Positions 23,676 through 32,000 of a stretch of DNA of 32,000 nt are shown here, piece by piece. Under the pieces are notes generated by a model. That model searched no databases, was not told the DNA's origin, and saw nothing but the letters and a program-made list of their open reading frames with translations. A program made the translations under genes and the position numbers. Origin of the DNA: Candidatus Micrarchaeum sp. Its GTDB lineage: Archaea > Micrarchaeota > Micrarchaeia > Micrarchaeales > Micrarchaeaceae. Where the stretch lies: the NCBI RefSeq assembly GCF_016806735.1, contig NZ_CP060530.1, positions 330,001 to 362,000 of the forward strand, written 5' to 3'. Every line of letters starts with the position of its first letter. The first letter of the stretch is position 1.

Positions 23676-24260
23676 TTACTGTGGGGGTGATATAATAAGT
23701 ACAGTGGTCGCCTTGCCAGCATCATATTTGTAATAAACTTTGTGACCAAGCTGGAACCTTTCTATGAGTCCCATCTTGTAGAGCCTGTTGAGCCTCGCGC
23801 ACGCGGCGTTCTTGCCCCTGTATCCCATGCCCTTTCTTATGTCTTCGGCACATGCCATGCTGTGCTCGGAAAGCTGTATGAACTGCATTATCTTTGCATC
23901 TATTGAAGATATCGCGAGCTGCTTTTGCGATTTTTCTATAGGATCATTAGCCTTTTCTTCTACGATTTCCTCTTCAACAGGCTCGTTGAGCTCCTGTTCG
24001 AGGTTGTTTATCTTGTCAAGCATCTGGCGAAGAACGAGCGTGGTCTTTTTGTTTTCGTCTATCATGTATTTGAGCAGAGAAAACAGCTGCGAGCTCGTCT
24101 CTGCTTCAGCGTTCCTGCCCTGGCTTTCGATTGTAGTTTTCTCCGAAGCCTTGGCCTCGGATATCTCGTTGAGCTGTTTCCTTAGGGATACGAGCTCATT
24201 TTCTATTTCCCTTTTTGTTCGCATCAGAACCAAAGCCCCATCACAACCAAAATCTTTCAT
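23676..24260 (-). CDS. Hypothetical coiled-coil protein with C-terminal winged-helix DNA-binding domain
   Basis: The N-terminal two thirds are charged heptad-like sequence (REIENELVSLRKQLNEISEAK..., LRQMLDKINNLEQELNE). The C-terminus DAKIMQFIQLSEHSMACAEDIRKGMGYRGKNAACARLNRLYKMGLIERFQLGHKVYYKY fits a MarR/ArsR-like wHTH. Confidence 0.55.
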   Translation of the reverse strand: MKDFGCDGALVLMRTKREIENELVSLRKQLNEISEAKASEKTTIESQGRNAEAETSSQLFSLLKYMIDENKKTTLVLRQMLDKINNLEQELNEPVEEEIVEEKANDPIEKSQKQLAISSIDAKIMQFIQLSEHSMACAEDIRKGMGYRGKNAACARLNRLYKMGLIERFQLGHKVYYKYDAGKATTVLIISPPQ

Positions 24261-24276
24261 GAACCTTGCATAACCG

Positions 24277-24330
24277 AATCACAAATGTTTCATGCAACAA
24301 TCATGATTCAATCACAAATATTGTGAATCA
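24277..24330 (-). promoter_or_regulatory. Repeated ATTTGTGATT motif and palindrome between a TATA-like box and the wHTH gene
   Basis: Minus strand: CTTTAAATATATTTTT (TATA-like), then TGATTCACAATATTTGTGATTGAATCA (contains the TCACAA-TAT-TTGTGA palindrome, plus-strand 24312..24326), and a second ATTTGTGATT copy 34 nt downstream (plus-strand 24277..24286). Confidence 0.3.
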
Positions 24331-24389
24331 AAAATATATTTAAAGCTTTGCCAAAAAAGGAGCAGATCAGTTATTATCGGAAGTGAGCT

Positions 24390-25289
24390 TCAGCGCCTCC
24401 TGTTGAAGCGCTTCTTGCCGTCGAATTTCCTCCCGTGTCCATGCCCCTGCCTGTTGCTGTCATACTGCCTGGTGGGCTTTTCCTTGACCGGCGAGCTTGT
24501 TATGCGCTTTATGCCGTTGTCTATGTCTACCTTGAGCTTCTCAGCTATGAAATTCTTTGTATAATAGTCTGCCTTCAACGCCATTGTTATCTTGGTGGCG
24601 TAAAGCCTTGCTATCCTCCCTTTTATGTCCTTTCTTGCATTGGTCACTTCCGGGAGCTTGAATATGACTCCGTACTTCGGTGGCTTGCTTCCGAATTTTA
24701 TGTGCTTGAAAAGAGCCTTCTCTGCGCCTAGCAGCTGCACGGTGCTTGCAGGGAATGTTGCAAGCCTTTCCATGGAGCCGGCCTTGCTGAGAAGCTCTGC
24801 TGCTATTTTGTCGTCAGTAAGATAAGCGGTATTCGGGAGAAGCCTCTGCGACGCTGCGCTTATGTATAATTCAAGCTTGTCTATGGAATCGCTTATCTCG
24901 AGAAGCAGCTTAGCGTACTCTATGACTACGTTCCTTTCCTCGTCGCCCATGCGCCTGCCTATGCTGTCTTTCAGCTTCTTCTCTATAGATTCGGCCTTGC
25001 TCGCATCGCCTATGGCGCTTTCTATGGCTTCCCTGCCTATCTCCCTGTCGGAATTCAATATTAGGACCAGAGAAGCAAGAGCCTTGGGGCTGGATACGTT
25101 TATTTCAGGGAAGTACAAGCCGTACCATTCAGTCAGCCTCTCATAGAACAGGTTCTGCGACTTTACCGCTTCATTGTAGGCATTTATCGCCTGTATAAGT
25201 GCGTATTCCTCACTCTCGTAGTTAAGCTTTATCTTCTCCTTTGCGGTGCTTATCATGCGCTTTCTTAGCTCTTCGAAATCGTTTTCCAA
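24390..25289 (-). CDS. nop5: Nop5 (Nop56/58-family) C/D box sRNP core protein, lacking the N-terminal domain
   Basis: NOSIC/coiled-coil start ERLTEWYGLYFPEI. Nop-domain block LLGAEKALFKHIKFGSKPPKYGVIFKLPEV. Basic C-terminal tail (GHGHGRKFDGKKRFNRRR). Starts at TTG 25289 (first ATG at 25256). An in-frame TAA lies immediately upstream. Confidence 0.8.
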   Translation of the reverse strand: MENDFEELRKRMISTAKEKIKLNYESEEYALIQAINAYNEAVKSQNLFYERLTEWYGLYFPEINVSSPKALASLVLILNSDREIGREAIESAIGDASKAESIEKKLKDSIGRRMGDEERNVVIEYAKLLLEISDSIDKLELYISAASQRLLPNTAYLTDDKIAAELLSKAGSMERLATFPASTVQLLGAEKALFKHIKFGSKPPKYGVIFKLPEVTNARKDIKGRIARLYATKITMALKADYYTKNFIAEKLKVDIDNGIKRITSSPVKEKPTRQYDSNRQGHGHGRKFDGKKRFNRRR

Positions 25290-25433
25290 TTAAACCACTT
25301 GGCACTCAAGTTTTAAATTATATAAGAGCAATAACTTATTGCTTATGCATAGATAATTGTCAAGCAACACTATAAACCTTGCTTTGCCTGGAGCATTGCA
25401 TAAAGCTCAAGATTTCGACACGGTGTCAACAAA

Positions 25434-26936
25434 ATGGAAAAAGCTTCAATGACCGATCTGGAAAATCTGGCATACAGGCGCGGCGTGCTAATACCTGCGT
25501 TCAAGCTGTACGGCGAGCTCGCCGGATTCTACGACTATGGGCCGATAGGCATAGCCATAAGGAACAGGCTCGAAGCGCACTGGCGCAGGACTTTCATAGA
25601 CGGCCTTGGAAACCTAGAAGTGAGCACTACAATAATAGCACCTGAAAAGGTGTTCGAGGCTAGCGGCCACCTATCAAACTTTACTGATCCCGTAGTCAAT
25701 TGCAAAAAATGCCATGCAAGCTACAGGTCCGACAAGCTCGTAGAAGAATTCTACGAAAAGAAAAACGACCAAAAGATGGCCGAAGCGGCAAGGCACATGC
25801 CGTTCAAGGAGATAGACGAGGAAATAAAGAAGAACGGCATTAAATGCCAGAAATGCGGCGGAGAACTTTCTGCATCCGAGCCATTCAACTTGATGATGGC
25901 TACTAAGATAGGGCCCTATGGCGGCGTGCAAGGCTATCTAAGGCCCGAGACTGCCCAGGGCATATTCATGGACTTCAAGCAGGTATTCCGCGACGGAGGC
26001 TACAAGCTGCCCCTTGGCATCGGCCAGGTAGGAAAAGCCTTCAGGAACGAAATATCGCCCAGGCGCATGCTTATACGCATGAGGGAATTTTCGCAGATGG
26101 AGCTAGAGTATTTCTTTGATCCGGATGCAGAGACGCTTGAAATAAACGGCGAGCCTGTTGACGAAAGCGCATTCTCCGAAAAGATAAACATGCTTACTGC
26201 GGAAATGCAGGAAAAAGGCTCTGCAGACAAATACGTGCAAATGACAATAAAAGAGTGCCTCGAGAAGGGCTTCATCCCCAACAAGCTTTTCGCATTCTGC
26301 GTTTACAAGGAGCTAAACTTCATGAGGGAGCTGGGTTTCGAAGACAACAGCATAAGGTTCAGGCAGGTCCTGAAGTCGGAGCTGCCGCATTATTCCAAGG
26401 GCAATTTCGACATGGAAGTTGAATTTTTCGGATCATTCGAAGAAGTATCAGGTATTGCATACAGGACGGATTTCGACCTTATGAACCACCAGAAGCATTC
26501 GGGCGAGGACATGAGCGTAATCAACGCCGACAAGAAGCTTGTGCCCCACGTAGTGGAAGTCAGCTTCGGGCTTGACAGGCTTTTCTGGACGTTGATGGGC
26601 TCAAAGCTCTTCAAGGACGAGGAGCGCGGCTGGAACGTCCTCAAGCTTAACGATTATACTGCGCCCTACGATTATGCAATATTCCCCCTTCAGAAAGATG
26701 AAAAGCTAAGAGATAAGGCAATAGGGCTGAGGAACAGGCTACTTTCCAACGGGATGAGGATATTCTTCATGCAAAGCGGCAGCATAGGCAAAAGGTATGC
26801 AAAGGCAGACGAAACCGGCATACGCTATGCCATAACGGTTGACTACCAGACTCTAGAAGACGGTACTGTGACGATAAGGGATTCCTACGACGCAACCCAG
26901 AAGAGGCTTAAGCTGGAATACCTAGCCAGAAAGTGA
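25434..26936 (+). CDS. glyS: Glycyl-tRNA synthetase (archaeal/eukaryotic alpha2 type)
   Basis: YRRGVLIPAFKLYGELAGFYDYGPIGIAIRNRLEAHWRRTFI is the hallmark GlyRS N-terminus. Class II motifs LRPETAQGIF, IGKAFRNEISPR and EVSFGLDRL are present. A C-terminal anticodon-binding domain follows. Confidence 0.9.
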   Translation: MEKASMTDLENLAYRRGVLIPAFKLYGELAGFYDYGPIGIAIRNRLEAHWRRTFIDGLGNLEVSTTIIAPEKVFEASGHLSNFTDPVVNCKKCHASYRSDKLVEEFYEKKNDQKMAEAARHMPFKEIDEEIKKNGIKCQKCGGELSASEPFNLMMATKIGPYGGVQGYLRPETAQGIFMDFKQVFRDGGYKLPLGIGQVGKAFRNEISPRRMLIRMREFSQMELEYFFDPDAETLEINGEPVDESAFSEKINMLTAEMQEKGSADKYVQMTIKECLEKGFIPNKLFAFCVYKELNFMRELGFEDNSIRFRQVLKSELPHYSKGNFDMEVEFFGSFEEVSGIAYRTDFDLMNHQKHSGEDMSVINADKKLVPHVVEVSFGLDRLFWTLMGSKLFKDEERGWNVLKLNDYTAPYDYAIFPLQKDEKLRDKAIGLRNRLLSNGMRIFFMQSGSIGKRYAKADETGIRYAITVDYQTLEDGTVTIRDSYDATQKRLKLEYLARK

Positions 26937-26940
26937 TGAT

Positions 26941-27876
26941 TTGGCAATTGCGCAATACGGCAATGTTTCTTGCGAATTCAGGCTTGAAGCATTCAGCATG
27001 AAGCACACTTTCGAGAGTGCACAGCCGCTTACGTTCTATGCGGACTACGATCCGAAAGCAAATTTGCTTTCCTATGGCGCAGGAAAGCTCTTCATGAGGC
27101 TTGAATCCAAAGAGCGCAATCCAAAAGCTGTGCTAAAAGTCTATGGGAAGAGGTCAAAGGCTTACTCCTTAGAGGTCTACAAAAGGTTCAGGCTTGACGA
27201 CAACATGGATAAGATATATAAGGCGATAGCCAAGGATTCACACGTATCAGAAGCAATAGCGCGATATTACGGCATGAGATTGACTCTCAACGATCCATGG
27301 GAAACAACGCTCTGCTTCATAATATCGCAGTTCAACAACGTGAAGAGGATAAGGCTCATAGTCAGCAACATTGTAGAGAGGTTCGGCAACGTTGTCTATT
27401 CAGACGGAAAGATTACGGTAAAATCATTTCCTACAAGCGAGGAGCTCAAGAACGCAACTGACAGCGAGCTCAGGGCCTTAGGGACTGGATTCCGCTCCAA
27501 ATACATAACCAGCGCTGCGGCTTTCTGCACCGACAACATAAACCTTTACAAGCTCAATGCAAACAACTACGAAAAGCTGAAATCAAGGCTGATGGAGATA
27601 GACGGCGTAGGGGAAAAGGTCGCTGACTGCATTGCGCTTATGGGCTACGGGAACCTAAGCGCATTTCCAACAGACGTGTGGATAAAGCGCACAATGGAAA
27701 AGCTCTATTTCGATGGCAAGAAGGTAAAGCCAAGGGATATACACGAGTTCGCAAAGGACTACTGGGGCCCTTATGCCGGATACGCGCAGCAATACTTGTT
27801 CCACAACGCCAGGACATACAGGGAAGATAAGCAAAAAGCGGAAAAAGGTAAAAGTTCTGCTGAGCAACAGGCTTAA
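26941..27876 (+). CDS. ogg: 8-oxoguanine DNA glycosylase/AP lyase (Ogg1-like, HhH-GPD superfamily)
   Basis: The HhH-GPD block IDGVGEKVADCIALMGYGNLSAFPTDVWIKR parallels the Ogg1 motif (GVG-x-KVADC...P-x-D-V) with the catalytic Lys and Asp in place. An N-terminal OGG_N-like FESAQPLTF is present. TTG start at 26941, next ATG at 26998. Confidence 0.8.
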   Translation: MAIAQYGNVSCEFRLEAFSMKHTFESAQPLTFYADYDPKANLLSYGAGKLFMRLESKERNPKAVLKVYGKRSKAYSLEVYKRFRLDDNMDKIYKAIAKDSHVSEAIARYYGMRLTLNDPWETTLCFIISQFNNVKRIRLIVSNIVERFGNVVYSDGKITVKSFPTSEELKNATDSELRALGTGFRSKYITSAAAFCTDNINLYKLNANNYEKLKSRLMEIDGVGEKVADCIALMGYGNLSAFPTDVWIKRTMEKLYFDGKKVKPRDIHEFAKDYWGPYAGYAQQYLFHNARTYREDKQKAEKGKSSAEQQA

Positions 27877-27938
27877 ACCTATAAATATATGGAAAAATAA
27901 CAATAAACCTTGAATAATGCTTAAAACGCGGTGCATTC

Positions 27939-29000
27939 GTGAGTGTAAAAAAATTCGTTTCGCTTAGCTCTACTGCATTGAGGAGCAACATAACCCAGCT
28001 CGACAGGCCGTACAAGCTAAATTTTGCAATTACTTACTGGTGCCAGTCGAGGTGCCAGACGTGCAACATATGGCAGCTTAAGCCAAAAGGAGAGCTTACC
28101 CTGGATGAGATAAAGGAGTTTGCCAAAAAGAACACGAGCTTCAAGTGGGTGGAGCTCACCGGAGGGGAGCCGTTCCTTCGCAGCGACATAGTTGACATAG
28201 CCCGTGCGTTCGCAGAGAACTCCAAGGATCTTTATGTCTTGACCATGCCTACGAATTCGCTGTGCGGAAGGCAGATGGTGCTCGACAAGCTTTCAAAGAT
28301 ACTTGAGCTGGGAATACCTAAGGTCTCAATAACAGTGAGCCTTGACGGATACCGCGAGCTACACGACAAGATAAGGGGCATACCTGGGAACTATGACAAG
28401 GCAATCAGCATGTTCCGCGACCTGATGGAGCTGAAGAAGAAATACAAGAACTTATATTTCGTTTTCGGCTATACGATGAGCACATTCAACCAGGGCCAGC
28501 TAATGAAGACAATAGAAGAAGTGAAGAAGGACATACCTGAGGTCCGCTACAACGACTTCCACCTGAATCTTGGCCAGGTATCTTCAAACTACTACGGGAA
28601 CGCCAATATAGAAGTAAAAGGTGCTCCTGAGGTAATTTCCAACGAAATAGCCGAGTTTATAAAGAGAAGGGATTTTGAATTGGGAATAATACCGCAGATA
28701 GAGGGCGTATTCCTAAAGAAGCTGCTTTATTATACAAAAACAGGAGAAATGCCAATGAAGAGCAGAAGCTTGGAAGCCTCGCTCTTCATGGACAGCTATG
28801 GATTCGTGTATCCTTCCATAATGTGGGACAAGAAGATAGGCAACATAAGGGAAACCGGATTCGACCTTTCAACGATATGGTCAAGCGATCTGGCAAAGCA
28901 GACAAGGCAGGAGATAAGGCAGGGAAAAGAGCCAAAGCAATGGACCGCATGCGAGGCATACCAGTCCATAACCGGAAATCTGCTTAGCTTCATACGCTGA
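27939..29000 (+). CDS. Radical SAM domain protein, function unknown
   Basis: CQSRCQTCNIW (C-x3-C-x2-C) about 35 aa from the N-terminus. GGEPFL glycine-rich SAM motif. TIM-barrel-sized core. GTG start with GGTG 8 nt upstream and a TATA-like cctataaatatat box at 27878..27890. Confidence 0.8.
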   Translation: MSVKKFVSLSSTALRSNITQLDRPYKLNFAITYWCQSRCQTCNIWQLKPKGELTLDEIKEFAKKNTSFKWVELTGGEPFLRSDIVDIARAFAENSKDLYVLTMPTNSLCGRQMVLDKLSKILELGIPKVSITVSLDGYRELHDKIRGIPGNYDKAISMFRDLMELKKKYKNLYFVFGYTMSTFNQGQLMKTIEEVKKDIPEVRYNDFHLNLGQVSSNYYGNANIEVKGAPEVISNEIAEFIKRRDFELGIIPQIEGVFLKKLLYYTKTGEMPMKSRSLEASLFMDSYGFVYPSIMWDKKIGNIRETGFDLSTIWSSDLAKQTRQEIRQGKEPKQWTACEAYQSITGNLLSFIR

Positions 29001-29291
29001 CGTAAAGCATCAGCTCAATCTTCAGCTAATCCATGAATAGCCTAGTTGCCATGCACTAATGCATATGCACATATAAACTGCTTTTATCGAGTTATACGCC
29101 TAAACACAAAAACGTATTTAAAGACTGCCATTTCATTTTGCTTTGAAGTATAAAATATTGGGTGATAGTAATGACAGGTGAAGACTCTTACTAAAAAATC
29201 TTGGGACTTTAACCTTATTCTTTCTTCTTGTTAATTATTCCTTTATACTGATAGGTTTCTTCTGGGCTAAAATGGCTTCGACTCTTAACTC

Positions 29292-31697
29292 TTAATCCAT
29301 CTTCAGCTTCTTGAATACAGCCACCTTTACGAAATCGTTTATGAACAGCGCAGCCACGCCCAATCCTATTATTGTCAGCAGCTCGTAAGGGCTGAGCTTT
29401 GGCACGAATATGCCAAAGTAGGAAAGAATAAGGCCCACTGCAATTCCGAACGTTATTGCCAAAGCGAGCGTCTTGCTTGGCCTTGACTTCCAGAAGAAGC
29501 CCTTAGCTCTCATATTGAGCACGCTGAACTCGTTGGTTATGTTGAACATTACGAAAGTGGCGGTCTGGAAAGCGGGTATCGATAGGTTGAAAATTCCCCC
29601 TCTGAATATCGGGACAAGGGCCAGCGTTTCAAGCACAAGGAATATGCCTATTATCGCAGAGGAATACATCAGGCCCCTTACGTTCCATACGTCGGGGCTC
29701 CTAGAATATTCTGCGTTGTCCGTCGATATTGTTATGTTTATTATGTCGTTGGTAAATATCAATATTATCAGCATGAAAGGCAGTATGGTTATGAACCTGA
29801 AAAACAGGTACATTATGGCTATGAAGCCTATTATCTGGAATGTCTTGAGTATCTTTACGTCGGAATAGGTTATCATGCGCTGGAATATTCTCCTGCTCTC
29901 CTTCACCGCGTCAACGAAGACTTCTATTCCGTTTTTTGTAAGCACCAATGCGGCAGAGCTTTTAGCCACATCGGTAGCGCTTTCAACCGCTATGCCTACT
30001 TCTGCCTGCTTGAGCGCCGGTGCATCGTTGACTCCGTCCCCAGTCATTCCTACTATATAACCGTCTTTCTGCAAGGTTTTGACTATTGTGTATTTGTCTT
30101 CTGGGTAAACGTCTGCGAATCCTTCTGCGCTTACTATCTTTCTCTGAAGCTCCTTCTCGTTCTTGCGCTCAGCAGTAATGTCATATATCCTGTTTCCCAT
30201 CCCTACCTCGCTGGCTATCTGTGTCGCAACCTTTATGTTGTCCCCGGTTAGCATTTTTGTCTTGACTCCAAGCCCGTGCAGTTCGTCAACGAGCTCCTTT
30301 GCATCTTCTCTAGGGGCGTCGTATAAAGCCATGAGCCCGCAAAGGCTCCAGCGTTTTCCATCCTTGCTTTTGGCTATTGCTATTGTCCTGAATCCCTTGG
30401 AAGCATATTCTTCTACGGTCTTTAAAACTTCCTTCTTGTTTACCCTGCCTGTAATTCCGAGTGTCATTACCGTGTGTACTGCGCCCTTGGTTACGTAATA
30501 GCTGCCCTTCCCTGAACCTATTATGGCAGATGTCCTCTTTGTGGAAGGGTCGAACGGATAGAATTTTTTCTGCTGGCTCGTTTTTATCTTCTTTATGCCC
30601 GCATATTCTATCACTGCGTTGTCTATCGGGTCGTTGTCTTCTTTGCGCGAAGCCTCTACCGCATATTTTGCAATCTCGTCCTCAGAACTTCCAAAGCTTT
30701 TTATGGCCCTGACTGTTATCTCGTTCTTGGTTATCGTGCCGGTCTTGTCCATGCACAATATCTCCATGTTTGAAGTGTCCTCTATGGCTTCCAATTTGGT
30801 AACCAAAACGCCCTTCTTCGCGAGCTTTTCGGTTCCCAGCGCCATAGAAACTGTAAATGCTGCAGAAAGTGCAACTGGTACTGATGCTATCAAGAGGACG
30901 AGCAGGAACTTTATTATTATCAATATGTTCTGATGCAGCACGAACAGGCCGAACACAAGCATTATGATAAGTATTATCCCGTCGCCAAGGAGCAGGTATT
31001 TCACTATCCCCATTATCGCCTTCTGGAGATGCGACTTTACTCTTGCGTTCTGTACCAGCTTTGCAGTCTTGCCATATACTGTGTTATAACCAGTACCTAT
31101 GACTATGCATAAAGCCTCTCCTCTTTTTGCCGTCGAGCCCTGCCTTAAAAGGTCGCCTTCCTTCTTTCCTTGCGGCATAGATTCTCCTGTAATTATGGAC
31201 TCGTCAACCTGCAGCTCCTCTGGCTCTATTACCTTGCAGTCTGCTGGTATTATGTCCCCGAGCTTTACCTTTATTATGTCCCCAGGTACAAGCATCTTGG
31301 CCTTTATAACCTGCCATCTGTTGTCCCTCAAAACGCGTGCAGAGCTGGAAAGCCTTTCCTTCAGCGCATCTACGGATTCATCGGCCCTGTATTCTTCTAT
31401 GAAGCCTATTATGGCGTTGAAAACGAGAAGGGCAGTTATTATATATACGTCCCTGATGCTGTTGAGTATATATGAGAGTATTATTACTACTATTAGGATT
31501 AGCTGTACTGGGCCTGTGAACTTTCTTAGGAATATGAGCGCGTAGTTGGGCTTCTTTCCAACTATCTCGTTGTAGCCGTATGACCCTATGCGTTTATCCG
31601 CCTCCTTTGATGAGAGCCCTTTCGTGCTCGAACCAAGCGCCTTGTAAGTCTGCTTAAGGTCAAGCTTCTCTATCTTTTCAGACTCTATCTCCTCCAT
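29292..31697 (-). CDS. P-type ATPase, plasma-membrane proton-pump-like (P3A type)
   Basis: CMDKTGTITKNE (DKTGT phosphorylation site), TGES actuator motif, MLTGDN, MTGDGVNDAPALKQAEVGIAV hinge. The segment VLRDNRWQVIKAKMLVPGDIIKVKLGDIIPADCKV...VDESIITGES closely tracks plant/fungal H+-ATPases. About 10 TM helices, 801 aa. Confidence 0.9.
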   Translation of the reverse strand: MEEIESEKIEKLDLKQTYKALGSSTKGLSSKEADKRIGSYGYNEIVGKKPNYALIFLRKFTGPVQLILIVVIILSYILNSIRDVYIITALLVFNAIIGFIEEYRADESVDALKERLSSSARVLRDNRWQVIKAKMLVPGDIIKVKLGDIIPADCKVIEPEELQVDESIITGESMPQGKKEGDLLRQGSTAKRGEALCIVIGTGYNTVYGKTAKLVQNARVKSHLQKAIMGIVKYLLLGDGIILIIMLVFGLFVLHQNILIIIKFLLVLLIASVPVALSAAFTVSMALGTEKLAKKGVLVTKLEAIEDTSNMEILCMDKTGTITKNEITVRAIKSFGSSEDEIAKYAVEASRKEDNDPIDNAVIEYAGIKKIKTSQQKKFYPFDPSTKRTSAIIGSGKGSYYVTKGAVHTVMTLGITGRVNKKEVLKTVEEYASKGFRTIAIAKSKDGKRWSLCGLMALYDAPREDAKELVDELHGLGVKTKMLTGDNIKVATQIASEVGMGNRIYDITAERKNEKELQRKIVSAEGFADVYPEDKYTIVKTLQKDGYIVGMTGDGVNDAPALKQAEVGIAVESATDVAKSSAALVLTKNGIEVFVDAVKESRRIFQRMITYSDVKILKTFQIIGFIAIMYLFFRFITILPFMLIILIFTNDIINITISTDNAEYSRSPDVWNVRGLMYSSAIIGIFLVLETLALVPIFRGGIFNLSIPAFQTATFVMFNITNEFSVLNMRAKGFFWKSRPSKTLALAITFGIAVGLILSYFGIFVPKLSPYELLTIIGLGVAALFINDFVKVAVFKKLKMD

Positions 31698-31758
31698 TCA
31701 AACGTCTATACTCCTTTTCTACTAAACCTATTTATAAATTCAGAGAAACCGCTCAAAA

Positions 31759-31998
31759 TCAGAGAAGAGCGAAGGACTTCATAACAAACGCAAGGACTAC
31801 GAAAAGTGCCTCTATGACCCACATGTAAGCCGATATCTGCCATTCATTTGGCTTTCCAATCTTCATTATTAAGTGCGTCCAGCTGTATACCTTCTTGCCG
31901 TACTTAGATACGAAGCTTCCATCTGGCTGCAGCGTTCCAAGATCGCTGCTGTGGAACTTCTTCTTTGCGTGCAGGAGAAACTCTATTATCCATGGCAT
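31759..31998 (-). CDS. Hypothetical protein, possibly 5'-truncated by the right window edge
   Basis: An open frame of 79 aa reaches within 2 nt of the window end, with a C-terminal hydrophobic helix (AYMWVIEALFVVLAFVMKSFALL). No recognisable motif. Confidence 0.3.
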   Translation of the reverse strand: MPWIIEFLLHAKKKFHSSDLGTLQPDGSFVSKYGKKVYSWTHLIMKIGKPNEWQISAYMWVIEALFVVLAFVMKSFALL

Positions 31999-32000
31999 GA

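Noticed and set aside
25328-25342. Palindrome GCAATAA-C-TTATTGC in the nop5/glyS divergent promoter region
   Set aside because: It is a short AT-rich palindrome in an AT-rich spacer. There is no second copy in the window and no associated regulator, so chance occurrence is likely.
29001-29291. 291-bp AT-rich spacer between the radical SAM gene and the P-type ATPase gene, inspected for ncRNA or small ORFs
   Set aside because: Only ORFs of 7-14 codons without a convincing context, and no stable extended helix or known RNA motif that I could support by eye. It is left unassigned, and a covariance-model scan would be the decisive test.

Overview
Densely coded archaeal chromosomal segment: about 30 protein genes on both strands and 3 tRNA genes. 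I could not recognise any rRNA, CRISPR array, transposase or integrase. Archaeal identity is supported by Nop5, archease, an archaeal-type ThrRS editing domain, SecE and Sec61-beta, class III (type IV pilin-like) signal peptides, an archaeosortase-family protein and A/T-rich TATA-like boxes ahead of genes. Content is mostly housekeeping: ArgRS, ThrRS, GlyRS, ThiI, an NMD3-like protein, an NFACT-R protein, a YchF/Obg-type GTPase, Sec components (SecE, Sec61-beta, SecF, SecD), DNA repair (Ogg, a Nudix-UDG fusion), NAD(P)HX repair, an APC permease and a P3A-type P-type ATPase. Most notable observations: (1) two of the three tRNA genes (Arg-CCT, Cys-GCA) carry short inserts at the same T-loop position that fold into bulge-helix-bulge-type splicing motifs; (2) a four-CBS protein ends in a domain that looks like the bacterial HPF/RaiA ribosome-hibernation fold; (3) an archaeosortase-family protein carries an extra C-terminal extracytoplasmic domain; (4) a Nudix-UDG fusion lacks the family-4 Fe-S ligands; (5) Nop5 lacks the fibrillarin-binding N-terminal domain; (6) a pilin-like adhesin gene contains an in-frame low-GC block. 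Two small Sec translocon genes (Sec61-beta, SecE) are absent from or mis-shaped in the ORF track. The lineage resembles a small-genome archaeon (Thermoplasmata- or DPANN/Micrarchaeota-like), but that is inference only. No database search or computation beyond hand reading was possible.
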